Below the pieces are notes generated by a model. It was not told the DNA's origin and ran no database searches. It saw nothing but the letters and a program-made list of their open reading frames with translations. Shown here in pieces: positions 7,499 through 17,875 of a DNA stretch of 25,233 nucleotides. The translations under genes and the position numbers were made by a program. The DNA comes from Armatimonadota bacterium (GTDB lineage Bacteria > Sysuimicrobiota > Sysuimicrobiia > Sysuimicrobiales > Kaftiobacteriaceae): positions 1 through 25,233 of the forward strand of contig JBBIUY010000007.1 of NCBI GenBank assembly GCA_037440005.1, given 5' to 3'. Position 1 is the first letter of the stretch. Each line of letters starts with the position of its first letter.

Positions 7499-8199
7499 TG
7501 GTCATCCCCGCGGTGGACCTGCGGGGCGGCCGCGCGGTGCGCCTGGTGCAGGGGGACGCGGCCCGGGTGCGTGACTACGGCGATCCGGTGGCGTGGGCCC
7601 GGGGGTGGGTGAGCGCGGGCGCGCGCTGGCTGCACGTGGTGGACCTGGACGGGGCGCTGCAGGGCCGCCCCCGGCATCTGGACCTGCTGGCCCGGCTGTG
7701 CGGCCTGGGGGCCGCAGTCCAGGTCGGCGGCGGGTTCCGGACGGCGGAGGACGTCGCCGCCGCCCTGGCGGCGGGAGCTTCCCGGGTGGTGGTCGGCACG
7801 GCGGCGGATGCGGGGTTGGACGTGAGTCGGTTCGGCGAGGCGGTGGTGGTCGCCCTGGACGCCCGGGGCCGGCGGGTGGCCGTCCGGGGGTGGACCGAGC
7901 AGACGTCCTGGGACGTGGTGGAAGCCGCCCGGCGGCTGCGCGCCAGAGGGGCGGCGCGCTTTCTGTACACGGACATCGGGCGGGACGGCACCCTGGCCGG
8001 CCCCAACGTGGAGGTGCTGGCGGAGGTGGTCCGCGCGGCCGGTGCGCCGGTGATCGCCGCCGGCGGCATCGCGGCGGTGGAGCACCTGGAGGCGGTGGAA
8101 CAGGCGGGGGCCGAGGCGGCCGTCGTGGGCCGGGCGCTGTACGAGGGCCGCCTGGACCTGGGCGCGCTGGTCCAGCGCTGGAGGGAGCCCGCGTGCTGA
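7495..8199 (+). CDS. hisA: ProFAR isomerase
   Basis: [28 protein letters not shown]; operon position. Confidence 0.94.
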   Translation: MMVIPAVDLRGGRAVRLVQGDAARVRDYGDPVAWARGWVSAGARWLHVVDLDGALQGRPRHLDLLARLCGLGAAVQVGGGFRTAEDVAAALAAGASRVVVGTAADAGLDVSRFGEAVVVALDARGRRVAVRGWTEQTSWDVVEAARRLRARGAARFLYTDIGRDGTLAGPNVEVLAEVVRAAGAPVIAAGGIAAVEHLEAVEQAGAEAAVVGRALYEGRLDLGALVQRWREPAC

Positions 8200-8972
8200 C
8201 CCGGCGGATCATCCCCTGCCTGGACACCGCCGGCGGCCGGGTGGTCAAAGGCGTGCGCTTTGTGGACCTCGCCGACGCCGGCGACCCGGCGGAGCTGGCG
8301 GCCGCCTACGACCGCGAGGGCGCCGACGAGATCGTCCTGCTGGACATCGCCGCCTCGGTGGAGGGGCGGGGCACGGTCCTGGAGGTGGTGCGCCGGACCG
8401 CCGAGACGGTGTTCATCCCGCTGACGGTGGGCGGAGGCGTGCGCACCGCCGACGACGCCCGGGCCCTGCTGCTGGCCGGAGCGGACAAGGTGGCGGTCAA
8501 CACCGCCGCCGTGGCCCGGCCGGACCTGATCGCCGAACTGGCCGAGCGGTTCGGCAGCCAGTGCGTGGTGGTGGCCGTCGACGCCCGGCGCCGCGCAGAC
8601 GGCGGGTGGGAGGTCTGCACCCACGGCGGCCGCCAGCCCACGGGGCTGGACGCGGTGGCGTGGGCGGCGCGGGCCGCCGCGCTGGGGGCGGGAGAGATCC
8701 TGCTCACCAGCATCGACCACGACGGCACCCGACAGGGGTACGACGTGGCCCTGACCCGGGCCGTCAGCGAAGCGGTGCCCGTGCCCGTGATCGCCAGCGG
8801 CGGCGCCGGCACCGTCGAGCACTTCTACCAGGTGCTGACCGAGGGGCGGGCGGACGCCGCCCTCGCCGCCGGGGTGTTTCACCGGGGGCAGCTGCGCATC
8901 GGGGAGGTCAAAGACTACCTGCGGCGGCGCGGGGTGGCCGTCCGGCTGCCCGGGAGGGAACGGAGCGGATGA
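8193..8972 (+). CDS. hisF: imidazole glycerol phosphate synthase, cyclase subunit
   Basis: GTG at 8193. [57 protein letters not shown]. Confidence 0.97.
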   Translation: MLTRRIIPCLDTAGGRVVKGVRFVDLADAGDPAELAAAYDREGADEIVLLDIAASVEGRGTVLEVVRRTAETVFIPLTVGGGVRTADDARALLLAGADKVAVNTAAVARPDLIAELAERFGSQCVVVAVDARRRADGGWEVCTHGGRQPTGLDAVAWAARAAALGAGEILLTSIDHDGTRQGYDVALTRAVSEAVPVPVIASGGAGTVEHFYQVLTEGRADAALAAGVFHRGQLRIGEVKDYLRRRGVAVRLPGRERSG

Positions 8973-9595
8973 GCGTGGAGGCGGTGAGGTTCGGCCCCGA
9001 CGGACTGGTCCCGGCGGTGGCCCAGGACGCGCAGACGGGCCGGGTCCTGATGGTGGCGTGGGCGGACCGGGAAGCCCTGGACCGCACCCTGCGCACCGGT
9101 CAGGCGTGGTACTGGAGCCGGTCCCGGGGCCGGCTGTGGCGCAAGGGCGCTGGTTCCGGACACACCCAGCGGGTGCGGGAGGTCCGGGTGGACTGCGACG
9201 GGGACGCCCTGCTGCTGGTGGTGGACCAGACGGGGCCCGCCTGCCACACCGGCCGAGCGACCTGCTTCTTCCGCACCCCCTCGGGGGAAGAGCTGGACGC
9301 GCCCGCGCGGGCGGACCCGCTGGACCAGGTCTTCGCGGTCATCGGCGAGCGGGCGCGCTCCCTGCCCGAGGGCTCCTACACCGCGTCCCTGCTGCGCGGG
9401 GGTATCCCGGCCGTCGCGGCCAAAGTGCGCGAGGAGGCCGACGAGCTGGCGCGGGCGGGAGCGCAGGAGGACGCCGGGCGGGTCGTCGAAGAAGCCGCCG
9501 ACCTGTTCTACCACGCCCTGGTCCTGCTCGCCGCCCGGGGGGTGTCCCTGGACGACGTGCGGGCGGTCCTGGCCCGACGCCGCCATGCCCGTTAG
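8969..9595 (+). CDS. hisIE: bifunctional phosphoribosyl-AMP cyclohydrolase / phosphoribosyl-ATP pyrophosphatase
   Basis: ATG at 8969 (ATGA overlap). HisI motifs WSRSR, DCDGD, ACHTG..TCF; HisE motifs [18 protein letters not shown]. Confidence 0.95.
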   Translation: MSVEAVRFGPDGLVPAVAQDAQTGRVLMVAWADREALDRTLRTGQAWYWSRSRGRLWRKGAGSGHTQRVREVRVDCDGDALLLVVDQTGPACHTGRATCFFRTPSGEELDAPARADPLDQVFAVIGERARSLPEGSYTASLLRGGIPAVAAKVREEADELARAGAQEDAGRVVEEAADLFYHALVLLAARGVSLDDVRAVLARRRHAR

Positions 9596-10070
9596 GTTGG
9601 TCATCTTCGACTGCGACCGCACCCTGTGGGACCACCCCAACGTGACGGCCCTGCGCCTTCCGGTCCGGCGGGTGGACGACGACACGGTGGAGGACGCCGA
9701 CGGCGCGCGGGTCCGGCTGCGCCCGGGCGTGCGGGAGGTCCTGGAAGACCTGCGGGCGCGGGGCATCCTGATCTCGGTGGCCAGCTGGAACCGGCCGGAG
9801 CCGGTGCTGGCCATCTTCGAGGCCCTGGGGCTGAGCGGCTACTTCACCCGCCCCAAGGTCGAGCACCACCCGTACAAGGAGCAGACCATCGCCCGGCTGC
9901 TGGACGAGCTGGCCGGCGACGGCATCGTCCTGCGCCCGGAGGAGGTCCTGTTCGTGGACGACCGCATGATGCACCTGGACCGGGTCCGCCGCGCCCTCGG
10001 ACCCGTGCGCACCGCGCTGGCGGGCGTGGAGGTGACGGACCTGAGGGACGTGATGGGGTATATTGACTGA
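9585..10070 (+). CDS. HAD-superfamily phosphatase, MDP-1-like (subfamily IIIC)
   Basis: Motif I FDCDRTLW, motif II ASWN, Lys in HPYK, motif IV FVDD. Capless, 161 aa; overlaps hisIE by 11 nt. Confidence 0.85.
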   Translation: MPVRLVIFDCDRTLWDHPNVTALRLPVRRVDDDTVEDADGARVRLRPGVREVLEDLRARGILISVASWNRPEPVLAIFEALGLSGYFTRPKVEHHPYKEQTIARLLDELAGDGIVLRPEEVLFVDDRMMHLDRVRRALGPVRTALAGVEVTDLRDVMGYID

Positions 10071-10195
10071 AAAGGAAAAGGGAAAAGGGGGAAAGGAAAA
10101 GGGGGAAAGTAAAGCGGACAGGCCGCGCCGTCAGGAAGCGCTCAGTCCTTGTCTTTTTTCCCTTTTCCCTTTTCCTTTTTCCCTTTTCCCTGTTC
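10068..10195. repeat. inverted tandem heptamer arrays, (GAAAAGG)-like x6 ... (CCTTTTC)-like x6
   Basis: 10068-10109: TGAAAAG GAAAAGG GAAAAGG GGGAAAG GAAAAGG GGGAAAG. 10154-10195: TTTTTTC CCTTTTC CCTTTTC CTTTTTC CCTTTTC CCTGTTC. The arrays are separated by a 44-nt spacer. Confidence 0.9.
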
Positions 10196-10212
10196 TTCAC
10201 AAGGAGGTCACC

Positions 10213-11349
10213 GTGGACGACGTCCACCTGCTCATTCCCGGTCCCACGCCTCTGCCGCCGGAGGTGCGTCAGGCGATGGCCCGCCCCATGATCAACCACC
10301 GAGGCGAGGAGTTCGGGCGGATGCTGGCGGAGGTCCTGGACGGGTTGCGCCGGATCTTCCAGACGGCGGGGACGGTCCTGCCCTTCACCGCCTCGGGCAC
10401 CGGCGGCCTGGAGGCGGCCGTGGCCAACGTGCTGTCGCCCGGAGACCGGGTCCTGGCCCTGGTGGGCGGCTCCTTCGGCGAACGGTTCGCCGCCGTCGCC
10501 CGCGGGTTCGGAGCCGAGGTGGTCCCCCTGGAGGTGGAGTGGGGGCGGGCCGTGGACCCCGACGACGTGCGGCGGGCGCTGCGGACCCACCCGGAGGTGC
10601 GGGCGGTGCTGGTCACCCACAACGAGACCTCCACCGGGGTGACCCATCCGCTGTGGGAGATCGCGCAGGCGGTGCGCGCCGGCGGCGACGCTTTGCTGCT
10701 GGTGGACGCGGTCAGCTCCCTGGGCGCGGTGGACCTGCAGGCCGACGCGTGGGGGCTGGACGTGGTGGTGGCCGGGTCCCAGAAGGCCCTCATGGGACCG
10801 CCGGGGGCGGTCTTCCTCAGCGTCAGCGAGCGGGCGTGGGAGGCGTCGCGGACGGCCCGCGCGCCCCGCTGGTACTTCTCCTGGGAGCGGGCCCGGGCCG
10901 AGATCTCCCCGGGCCGGGCGCTGATGCCGTTTACGCCTCCTCTGCCGGTGCTCTACGCCCTGGCGGTGTCGGTGCCGATGATCCTGGCCGAGGGGCTGCC
11001 GGCCCGCTTCGCCCGCCACCGGAGGCTGGGGCAGGCCACCCGGGAGGGCGTGGCGGCGCTGGGACTGCAGCTGCTGGCCGACCCCCGGCACGCGTCGGAC
11101 ACGGTGACCGCCGTGCGCGTGCCCGAGGGCGTGGACGGCCGTCAGCTGGTGCGCCGCCTGCGGGAGTGCAACGTGGTGGTGGCCGGGGGGCAGGGGCGGC
11201 TGGAAGGCCGGATCATCCGCATCGGGCACATGGGGGCCGTGGCCGACGCTGACATCGCCGCCGCCCTGCGCGCCCTGGAGCACGTCCTGCCCGCCCTGGG
11301 CCACCCGGTCCGGCCGGGGGCGGTGGCCGCCGCGGGGCTGGAGCCGTGA
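10213..11349 (+). CDS. class V PLP aminotransferase (serine-glyoxylate/alanine-glyoxylate family; probable SerC-equivalent)
   Basis: GTG at 10213 after AAGGAGGT. IPGPT, HNETSTG, VDAVSS, GSQKAL (PLP Lys), RIGHMG. GTGA-coupled to serA. Confidence 0.88.
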   Translation: MDDVHLLIPGPTPLPPEVRQAMARPMINHRGEEFGRMLAEVLDGLRRIFQTAGTVLPFTASGTGGLEAAVANVLSPGDRVLALVGGSFGERFAAVARGFGAEVVPLEVEWGRAVDPDDVRRALRTHPEVRAVLVTHNETSTGVTHPLWEIAQAVRAGGDALLLVDAVSSLGAVDLQADAWGLDVVVAGSQKALMGPPGAVFLSVSERAWEASRTARAPRWYFSWERARAEISPGRALMPFTPPLPVLYALAVSVPMILAEGLPARFARHRRLGQATREGVAALGLQLLADPRHASDTVTAVRVPEGVDGRQLVRRLRECNVVVAGGQGRLEGRIIRIGHMGAVADADIAAALRALEHVLPALGHPVRPGAVAAAGLEP

Positions 11350-12938
11350 AGATCCTGGTGGCCGACGGCCTGGCCCCCGACGGCCTGCGGCGCCTGCAGG
11401 AGCGCGCCGAGGTGGTGGTGGGCGAGGGACTGGCCCCCGGTGAACTGGCCCGCGCGCTGGCCGACGCCGACGCCCTGATCGTCCGCAGCCGGACCCGGGT
11501 GACCGCCCGGATGCTGGAGGGGGCCCGGCGGCTGCGGGTGGTCGCCCGGGCGGGGGTGGGCACCGACAACATCGACGTGGACGCCGCCACGCGCCGCGGC
11601 ATCCTGGTCCTCAACACCCCCGACAGCAGCACCGTCAGCACCGCCGAGCACACCCTGGCCCTGATGCTGGCCCTGGCCCGCCACCTGCCCGCCGCCCACC
11701 TGGCCGCCTCCCGGGGCGACTGGAGGCGGGAGGCGTTCACCGGCGTGGAGCTGTACGGCAAGACGCTGGGCATCGTCGGGCTGGGCAAGATCGGCTCCGA
11801 GGTCGCGCGCCGCGCCTCCGCCTTCGGCATGCGGGTGATCGCCGCCGACCCCTACGTGACCGCCGAGCGGGCGGCCCGGGTGGGCGCCGAGCTGCTTCCC
11901 CTGGACGACGTGCTGGCCCGCAGCGACGTGCTGACCCTGCACGTCCCCCTGACCGGGGCGACCCGTCACCTGCTGGGCCGCGCCCAGTTCGCGCGGGTCA
12001 AACGCGGGGTGCTGCTGGTGAACTGCGCCCGGGGCGGGCTGGTGGACGAGGACGCCCTGCTGGCGGCGCTGGAGGAGGGGGTGGTGGCGGGGGCGGCGCT
12101 GGACGTGGTGGAGCACGAGCCGCCCCGGGACAGCCCCCTGGTGCGCCACCCCCGGGTGATCCTGACACCTCACCTGGGCGCGTCCACCGAAGAAGCCCAG
12201 CGGCGGGTGGCGGTGGAGGTGGCCGAGCAGGTGCTGGCGGCCCTGGACGGCCGCCCGGTGCGGGGCGCGGTGAACGCGCCGGCGCTGCAGGACGAGGCCT
12301 GGCAGCGGGTGCGGCCGTTCGTGGACCTGGCCCGGGCGATGGGAGCCGTCGCCTGTCAGCTGGTCGACGGCCAGGTGCAGGGCGTGGAGCTGATGTACGA
12401 GGGGGAGCTGGCGGGCCAGGACGGCGCCCCGCTGCGGGCGGGGTTTGTGGCGGGGCTGCTGGAGCCGGTGTTGGACCAGCCGGTCAACCTGATCAACGCG
12501 CCGGTGGTGGCGCGGGAGCGGGGCATCGCCCTGGCGGAGGCGCGCCGGGAAGACAGCGAGGACTTCGCCAGCCAGCTGCGGGTCCGGGTGGAGACCACCG
12601 CAGGACCGTTCGTGATGGCGGGCACCGTGGTGGGCAGGCGCGAGCCCCGGATCACCCACCTGGACGGCTACCGGATGGACCTGGCGCCGTCGCCGATCAT
12701 GCTGTTCGTGTGGAACGAGGACCGGCCGGGGATGATCGGCCGGGTGGGCACCCTGCTGGGTGCGGCCGACGTGAACATCGCCTCCATGCACGTGGGCAGG
12801 GACCGCCCCCGCGGCCGCGCCCTCATGGTCCTGGGCCTGGACGACCCGGTGCCGCCGGAGGCGGCGGAGGCGCTGGCGCGCCTGCCGGGCATCCTGCGGG
12901 TGCGGGTGGTGCAGCTGCCGGCCGGCTCCGGCGGCTGA
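11346..12938 (+). CDS. serA: D-3-phosphoglycerate dehydrogenase (long form with ASB and ACT domains)
   Basis: RAGVGTDNID, GIVGLGKIG, NCARGG, PHLGASTEEAQ, and a C-terminal ACT domain (DRPGMIGRVGTLLG..NIA). Confidence 0.95.
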   Translation: MKILVADGLAPDGLRRLQERAEVVVGEGLAPGELARALADADALIVRSRTRVTARMLEGARRLRVVARAGVGTDNIDVDAATRRGILVLNTPDSSTVSTAEHTLALMLALARHLPAAHLAASRGDWRREAFTGVELYGKTLGIVGLGKIGSEVARRASAFGMRVIAADPYVTAERAARVGAELLPLDDVLARSDVLTLHVPLTGATRHLLGRAQFARVKRGVLLVNCARGGLVDEDALLAALEEGVVAGAALDVVEHEPPRDSPLVRHPRVILTPHLGASTEEAQRRVAVEVAEQVLAALDGRPVRGAVNAPALQDEAWQRVRPFVDLARAMGAVACQLVDGQVQGVELMYEGELAGQDGAPLRAGFVAGLLEPVLDQPVNLINAPVVARERGIALAEARREDSEDFASQLRVRVETTAGPFVMAGTVVGRREPRITHLDGYRMDLAPSPIMLFVWNEDRPGMIGRVGTLLGAADVNIASMHVGRDRPRGRALMVLGLDDPVPPEAAEALARLPGILRVRVVQLPAGSGG

Positions 12939-12944
12939 GCCGGC
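12921..12944. terminator. hairpin at the convergent serA / flavin reductase junction
   Basis: GCCGGCTC (12921-12928) / GAGCCGGC (12937-12944), 8-nt loop, no clear U-tract. Confidence 0.3.
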
Positions 12945-12955
12945 TTCCGGGCGTG

Positions 12956-13507
12956 CTACGGCCAGCGGTCGGGCAGGTCGGCGGGGGCCTCGGGCAGCGC
13001 GGCCAGCGGCTCTTCGGGCTCCCCGGGCCGCAGCGGGGCGATCCGGCAGAAGCGGCCCGCGTAAAACGCCAGCGGCATCCCGTCCCGGTACCACAGGTCC
13101 TCCACCCGCCCCAGAAAGAGCGTGTGGTCTCCGCCGGGGTGGGTGGCGTCCACCGTGCACACCAGGTGGGCCAGCGCGCCGTCCAGCAGCGGGACGGCCC
13201 GCCTCCAGACAAACGGCGTGACCAGGTCCGCCCGGGGCCGTCCGGCGAAGTGCCAGGCGTGAGCTTCCTGGTCGGCGGCCAGGACGCTCACCCCGAAGCG
13301 GGCGGCCGCCAGAAGATGGGCGTGCATGCGGGCCCGGCGGGAGACCGCCACCAGGATCAGAGGAGGGTCCAGGGAGACGGAGGTGAAGGCGTTGGCGGTC
13401 ATGCCGTGCACCCCGGCCGGAGTGGTGGTGGTGACCACCGTGACGCCGGTGGCAAACCGGCCCAGGGCGTTGCGGAACTCGCGGGGGTCAAGACCGGTAT
13501 CGTCCAT
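12956..13507 (-). CDS. flavin reductase family protein (HpaC/RutF-like), 183 aa
   Basis: ATG at 13507, SD GGAGGT (13519-13514). FRNALGRFATGVTVVT, GMTANAFTSVSLDPPL, GDH. A TACAAT -10-like box lies at 13532-13527. Confidence 0.92.
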   Translation of the reverse strand: MDDTGLDPREFRNALGRFATGVTVVTTTTPAGVHGMTANAFTSVSLDPPLILVAVSRRARMHAHLLAAARFGVSVLAADQEAHAWHFAGRPRADLVTPFVWRRAVPLLDGALAHLVCTVDATHPGGDHTLFLGRVEDLWYRDGMPLAFYAGRFCRIAPLRPGEPEEPLAALPEAPADLPDRWP

Positions 13508-13598
13508 GGGATGACCTCCGCCAGACATTGTACGGGAAAGGAGACCCAGGATGAGGGACGACGGACGAGGAGAAGCACCGGGGTCGGGGAGGTCTGAG

Positions 13599-14153
13599 AT
13601 GGCCGCCACGCGCCTGCTGGTCCTGGTGGGGATGCTTTCGGCGGCGGCGTTCGTGCTGATGGCCACCGTCCAGCTGCCCGTGCTGCCCTCGGCGCCGTAC
13701 CTGCGCTACGATCCCAGCGACGTGGTGGCGCTGCTGGCGGCGTTGGAGCTGGGCCCGGGGCCGGGGGTGGCCGTGGTGGCCCTGAAGGACCTGCTGTACC
13801 TGATGCTGCGCGCCCGCTCGCCGTTCGGCCCCGCGGCCAACTTCGTCGCCGTGGCCACCTTCGTCGGCGTGGCCGGGTGGGTGTACGCCCGCCGGAGCCG
13901 CCGGACGCCGGGGTGGGTGGCGGCTGCCTGTGCGGCGGGCGCCCTGGCCCGGGTGCTGGTGATGATCCCCGCCAACTTCGTGATCCTGTACCTGCAGTTC
14001 GGCATGTCGCCCGCGCGGGTGGCGGCGCTGCTGGGGCCGGTCATCATCCCGTTCAATCTCCTGGCCGCCGGCATCAACACCGTCCTGACCCTGGCCTTCT
14101 GGGTGGCCCTGCACCGCCGCGGGCTGGCGGTGGCGGGTCCGGGCGGTCCCTGA
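13599..14153 (+). CDS. ECF transporter S component (RibU-like, riboflavin probable)
   Basis: ATG at 13599 after GGGGAGGT. Multiple TM segments, MLSAAAFVL with AxxxA-like packing, PYLRYDPSDVVALL..GP, and PFNLL near the C-terminus, resembling RibU. Confidence 0.78.
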   Translation: MAATRLLVLVGMLSAAAFVLMATVQLPVLPSAPYLRYDPSDVVALLAALELGPGPGVAVVALKDLLYLMLRARSPFGPAANFVAVATFVGVAGWVYARRSRRTPGWVAAACAAGALARVLVMIPANFVILYLQFGMSPARVAALLGPVIIPFNLLAAGINTVLTLAFWVALHRRGLAVAGPGGP

Positions 14154-14159
14154 CGGTCC

Positions 14160-14896
<737 letters not shown>

Positions 14897-14900
<4 letters not shown>

Positions 14901-15685
14901 ACGGGCGGCGGGTGTGGGCGCTGACGCTGCGGCAGTTGTACCTGATGCGCCGCAGCTTCGCACGCATCACCGACCTGTTCTACTGGCCGCTGCTGGACCT
15001 GTTCTTCTTCGGGTTCCTCTCCCTGTACCTGGGGCGTCAGGGGCGGGTGCCGCTGCTGGTGGGGTTGCTGCTGGGGGCGCTGATCCTGTGGGACATCTTC
15101 TTCCGGGTGCAGCAGGCCATCTCGGTGTCGTTTCTGACCGAGCTGTGGACCCGCAACCTGGTGAACCTGTTCGTGACCCCGCTGACGGTGGCCGAGTTCC
15201 TGGTGGCCATGATGGTGTGGGGGATCATCAAGATCTCCATCACCGTCACCCTGATGGCCAGCGTGGCGTTCGCCCTGTACCACTTCAACATCTTCACCCT
15301 GGGGCCGAGCCTGGTCCCCCTGGTGGCCGCGCTGATCCTGTTCGCCTGGGCGGTGGGCACCGCCATCACCGCCCTGATCCTGCGCTACGGCCAGAGCGCC
15401 GAGACCCTGGCGTGGAGCCTGGCGTTCTTGTTCCAGCCGTTTGGGGCCGTCTTCTTCCCGCTGACGGTGTACCCGGACTGGCTGAGGCGGGTGCTGGTGG
15501 CGCTGCCGCTGCCCCACGTCTTCGAGGCGATGCGGGAGGTCCTCAACGGCAGCCCGCCGCCCGCGTCCCGCGTGGGGTGGGCCTTTCTGCTGGACGCGGG
15601 CTACCTGGCGGCCGCGTTCGCGTTTTTCGGCTACATGTTCTCCGTGGCCAGGCGGAGGGGGCTGTTGCTGAAGCTGCAGGAGTGA
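14897..15685 (+). CDS. ABC-2-type exporter permease, 262 aa
   Basis: ATG at 14897 (ATGA overlap, SD GGAGGAGG). About 6 TM segments; ABC-2-like motifs ELWTRNL..LFVTPL and FFPLTVYPDWL. Confidence 0.88.
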
Positions 15686-15701
15686 CCCGCTCGACGGGGC
15701 G

Positions 15702-15717
15702 TGGCACGGAATGTGCT
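15702..15717 (+). promoter_or_regulatory. sigma54-like -24/-12 motif
   Basis: TGGCAC-GGAAT-GTGCT: GG-N10-GC spacing intact, one mismatch to TGGCAC-N5-TTGCW. Intergenic if the gene starts at 15731. Confidence 0.5.
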
Positions 15718-15730
15718 CTGTTTTTTGGGT

Positions 15731-16285
15731 GTGACGACCTGGGAGCAGTCCTCCCGCCCCGGGCCGCCCGCTCCCGCCGGCCGCCCCCCCGGCCGGCTGG
15801 TCGCGCTGGCCGCCGGCAGCCTGGCCGTGGTGAGCCTGGCCTGGGGGTCGTACCGCGTCCTGCTGGCCGGCGCCCGTTCCGGCGCGTTCACCCCGCCGGC
15901 CGCCCGGCAGGCGGCCGGTCCCCTGGAGCCCTCCTCCATGGCCAGGCGGGCCCTCCTGCGCACCGGCCGCAGCCCCGTGGCTTCCACCGCTCCCGCCCGA
16001 AGTCCAGCGGCCCGCCCGGCCTACGTGGTCAGCGTCGCGACGTTCGCCAGCCGGGAGCGCGCCGAGGCCCACGCCCGCCGGGTGCGGTCCAAGGGCTACC
16101 TGGCCGCGGTGGTCCGCGACGGCGCCTCCTACCGGGTCCTGACCCGTCCGTACCCCAGCGAGGAAGCCGCCCGCCGGGCCGCGCGAGTGCTGTCGGAGAT
16201 CGGGTTCTCCGCGCGCGTTGTGGTCCTGCGCCACACCCTTCCCGCCCCGCGGGATGAGAACGGACGGATAATGATACTTACCTGA
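15731..16285 (+). CDS. membrane-anchored SPOR-domain protein
   Basis: N-terminal TM (LVALAAGSLAVVSLAW), Pro/Ala linker, C-terminal SPOR-like domain (YVVSVATFASRERAEAHARRVRSKGY...YRVLTRPYPSEEAARRA). Start uncertain (GTG 15701 or 15731). Confidence 0.75.
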   Translation: MTTWEQSSRPGPPAPAGRPPGRLVALAAGSLAVVSLAWGSYRVLLAGARSGAFTPPAARQAAGPLEPSSMARRALLRTGRSPVASTAPARSPAARPAYVVSVATFASRERAEAHARRVRSKGYLAAVVRDGASYRVLTRPYPSEEAARRAARVLSEIGFSARVVVLRHTLPAPRDENGRIMILT

Positions 16286-16401
16286 CCGACAGGCAATTCG
16301 GTCCCCGTGTCCCGTGCGGGATCCCTCCGGGCGTTCTGTCCTGCGGGCCCATGCTCCTGACAGCAGGAGCCGCGTCGGGTCGAGACCAACCTAACCTACC
16401 G

Positions 16402-17173
16402 ATGTCCTCCTCGGTCATTCTGCAGGTGGAGGGGCTGACCAAATACTTCGGGGGCCTCGCCGCGGTCTTGGACTACCGTCTGAAGATCGCTCCCGGCGAG
16501 ATCGTGGGCCTGATTGGTCCCAACGGTGCCGGCAAGACCACCATCTTCAACCTCATCTCCGGCCACCTGCGCCCCACCCGAGGGCGTATCTTTCTCCGAG
16601 GTGAGGAAATCACCGGGCTGTCCGCCGACCGCATCGCCCGCCTGGGAGTGGCCCGGACCTTTCAGAACATCCGCCTCTTCCCGCACCTGACGGCCCGGAT
16701 GAACGTGCTCATTGCAGCACAGCTCCACCGCCGCTATGGTGCCGTGGACGCTTTGCTGGGTCTCCCGCGGTTTCACCGGGAGGAGCGGCGGCTGGAAGCG
16801 CGGGCGATCGAGGTGCTGGATGCGTTGGGGCTGGGCGCGGTGGCTGATGACGTCGTAGGGAGCCTGCCCTTTGGCATTCAGCGCAAGGTGGAGATCGCCC
16901 GGGCTCTGGCGCTGGAACCGGATCTTCTGCTCCTGGACGAGCCTGCCGGCGGGCTGACGCCCAAGGAGGCCGGCGACCTGATGGACCTGCTGCGTCAACT
17001 TCGAGATCGGCTGGGCATGACCATCTTTCTCATTGAACACGACATGCGCGTGGTCATGCGCTTGTGCGACCGGGTCCAGGCCATCAACTTCGGTCAACTG
17101 ATTGCCGAGGGCCCCCCGGGGGACATCCAACAGCATCCGGACGTGGTCGAAGCCTACCTGGGGGTGGCCGCTG

Positions 17174-17187
<14 letters not shown>
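16402..17187 (+). CDS. branched-chain amino acid (HAAT) ABC transporter ATP-binding protein, LivG-like
   Basis: KYFGGL, GPNGAGKT, ARTFQNIRLF, LLLDEPA, IEHDM, VVEAYLG. Start at 16402 or 16351; neither has a clear SD. Confidence 0.92.

Positions 17188-17871
<684 letters not shown>

Positions 17872-17875
<4 letters not shown>

Noticed and set aside
10063..10212. N-terminal extension [10 protein letters not shown]... of the aminotransferase, and the repeat as a CRISPR array
   Set aside because: The extension is a translation of the heptamer repeats; the real start is GTG 10213 after AAGGAGGT. There is no repeat-spacer structure and no cas gene.
13513..13594. Inverted repeat GACCTCC ... GGAGGTC
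   Set aside because: Explained by the SD sequences of the two divergent genes.
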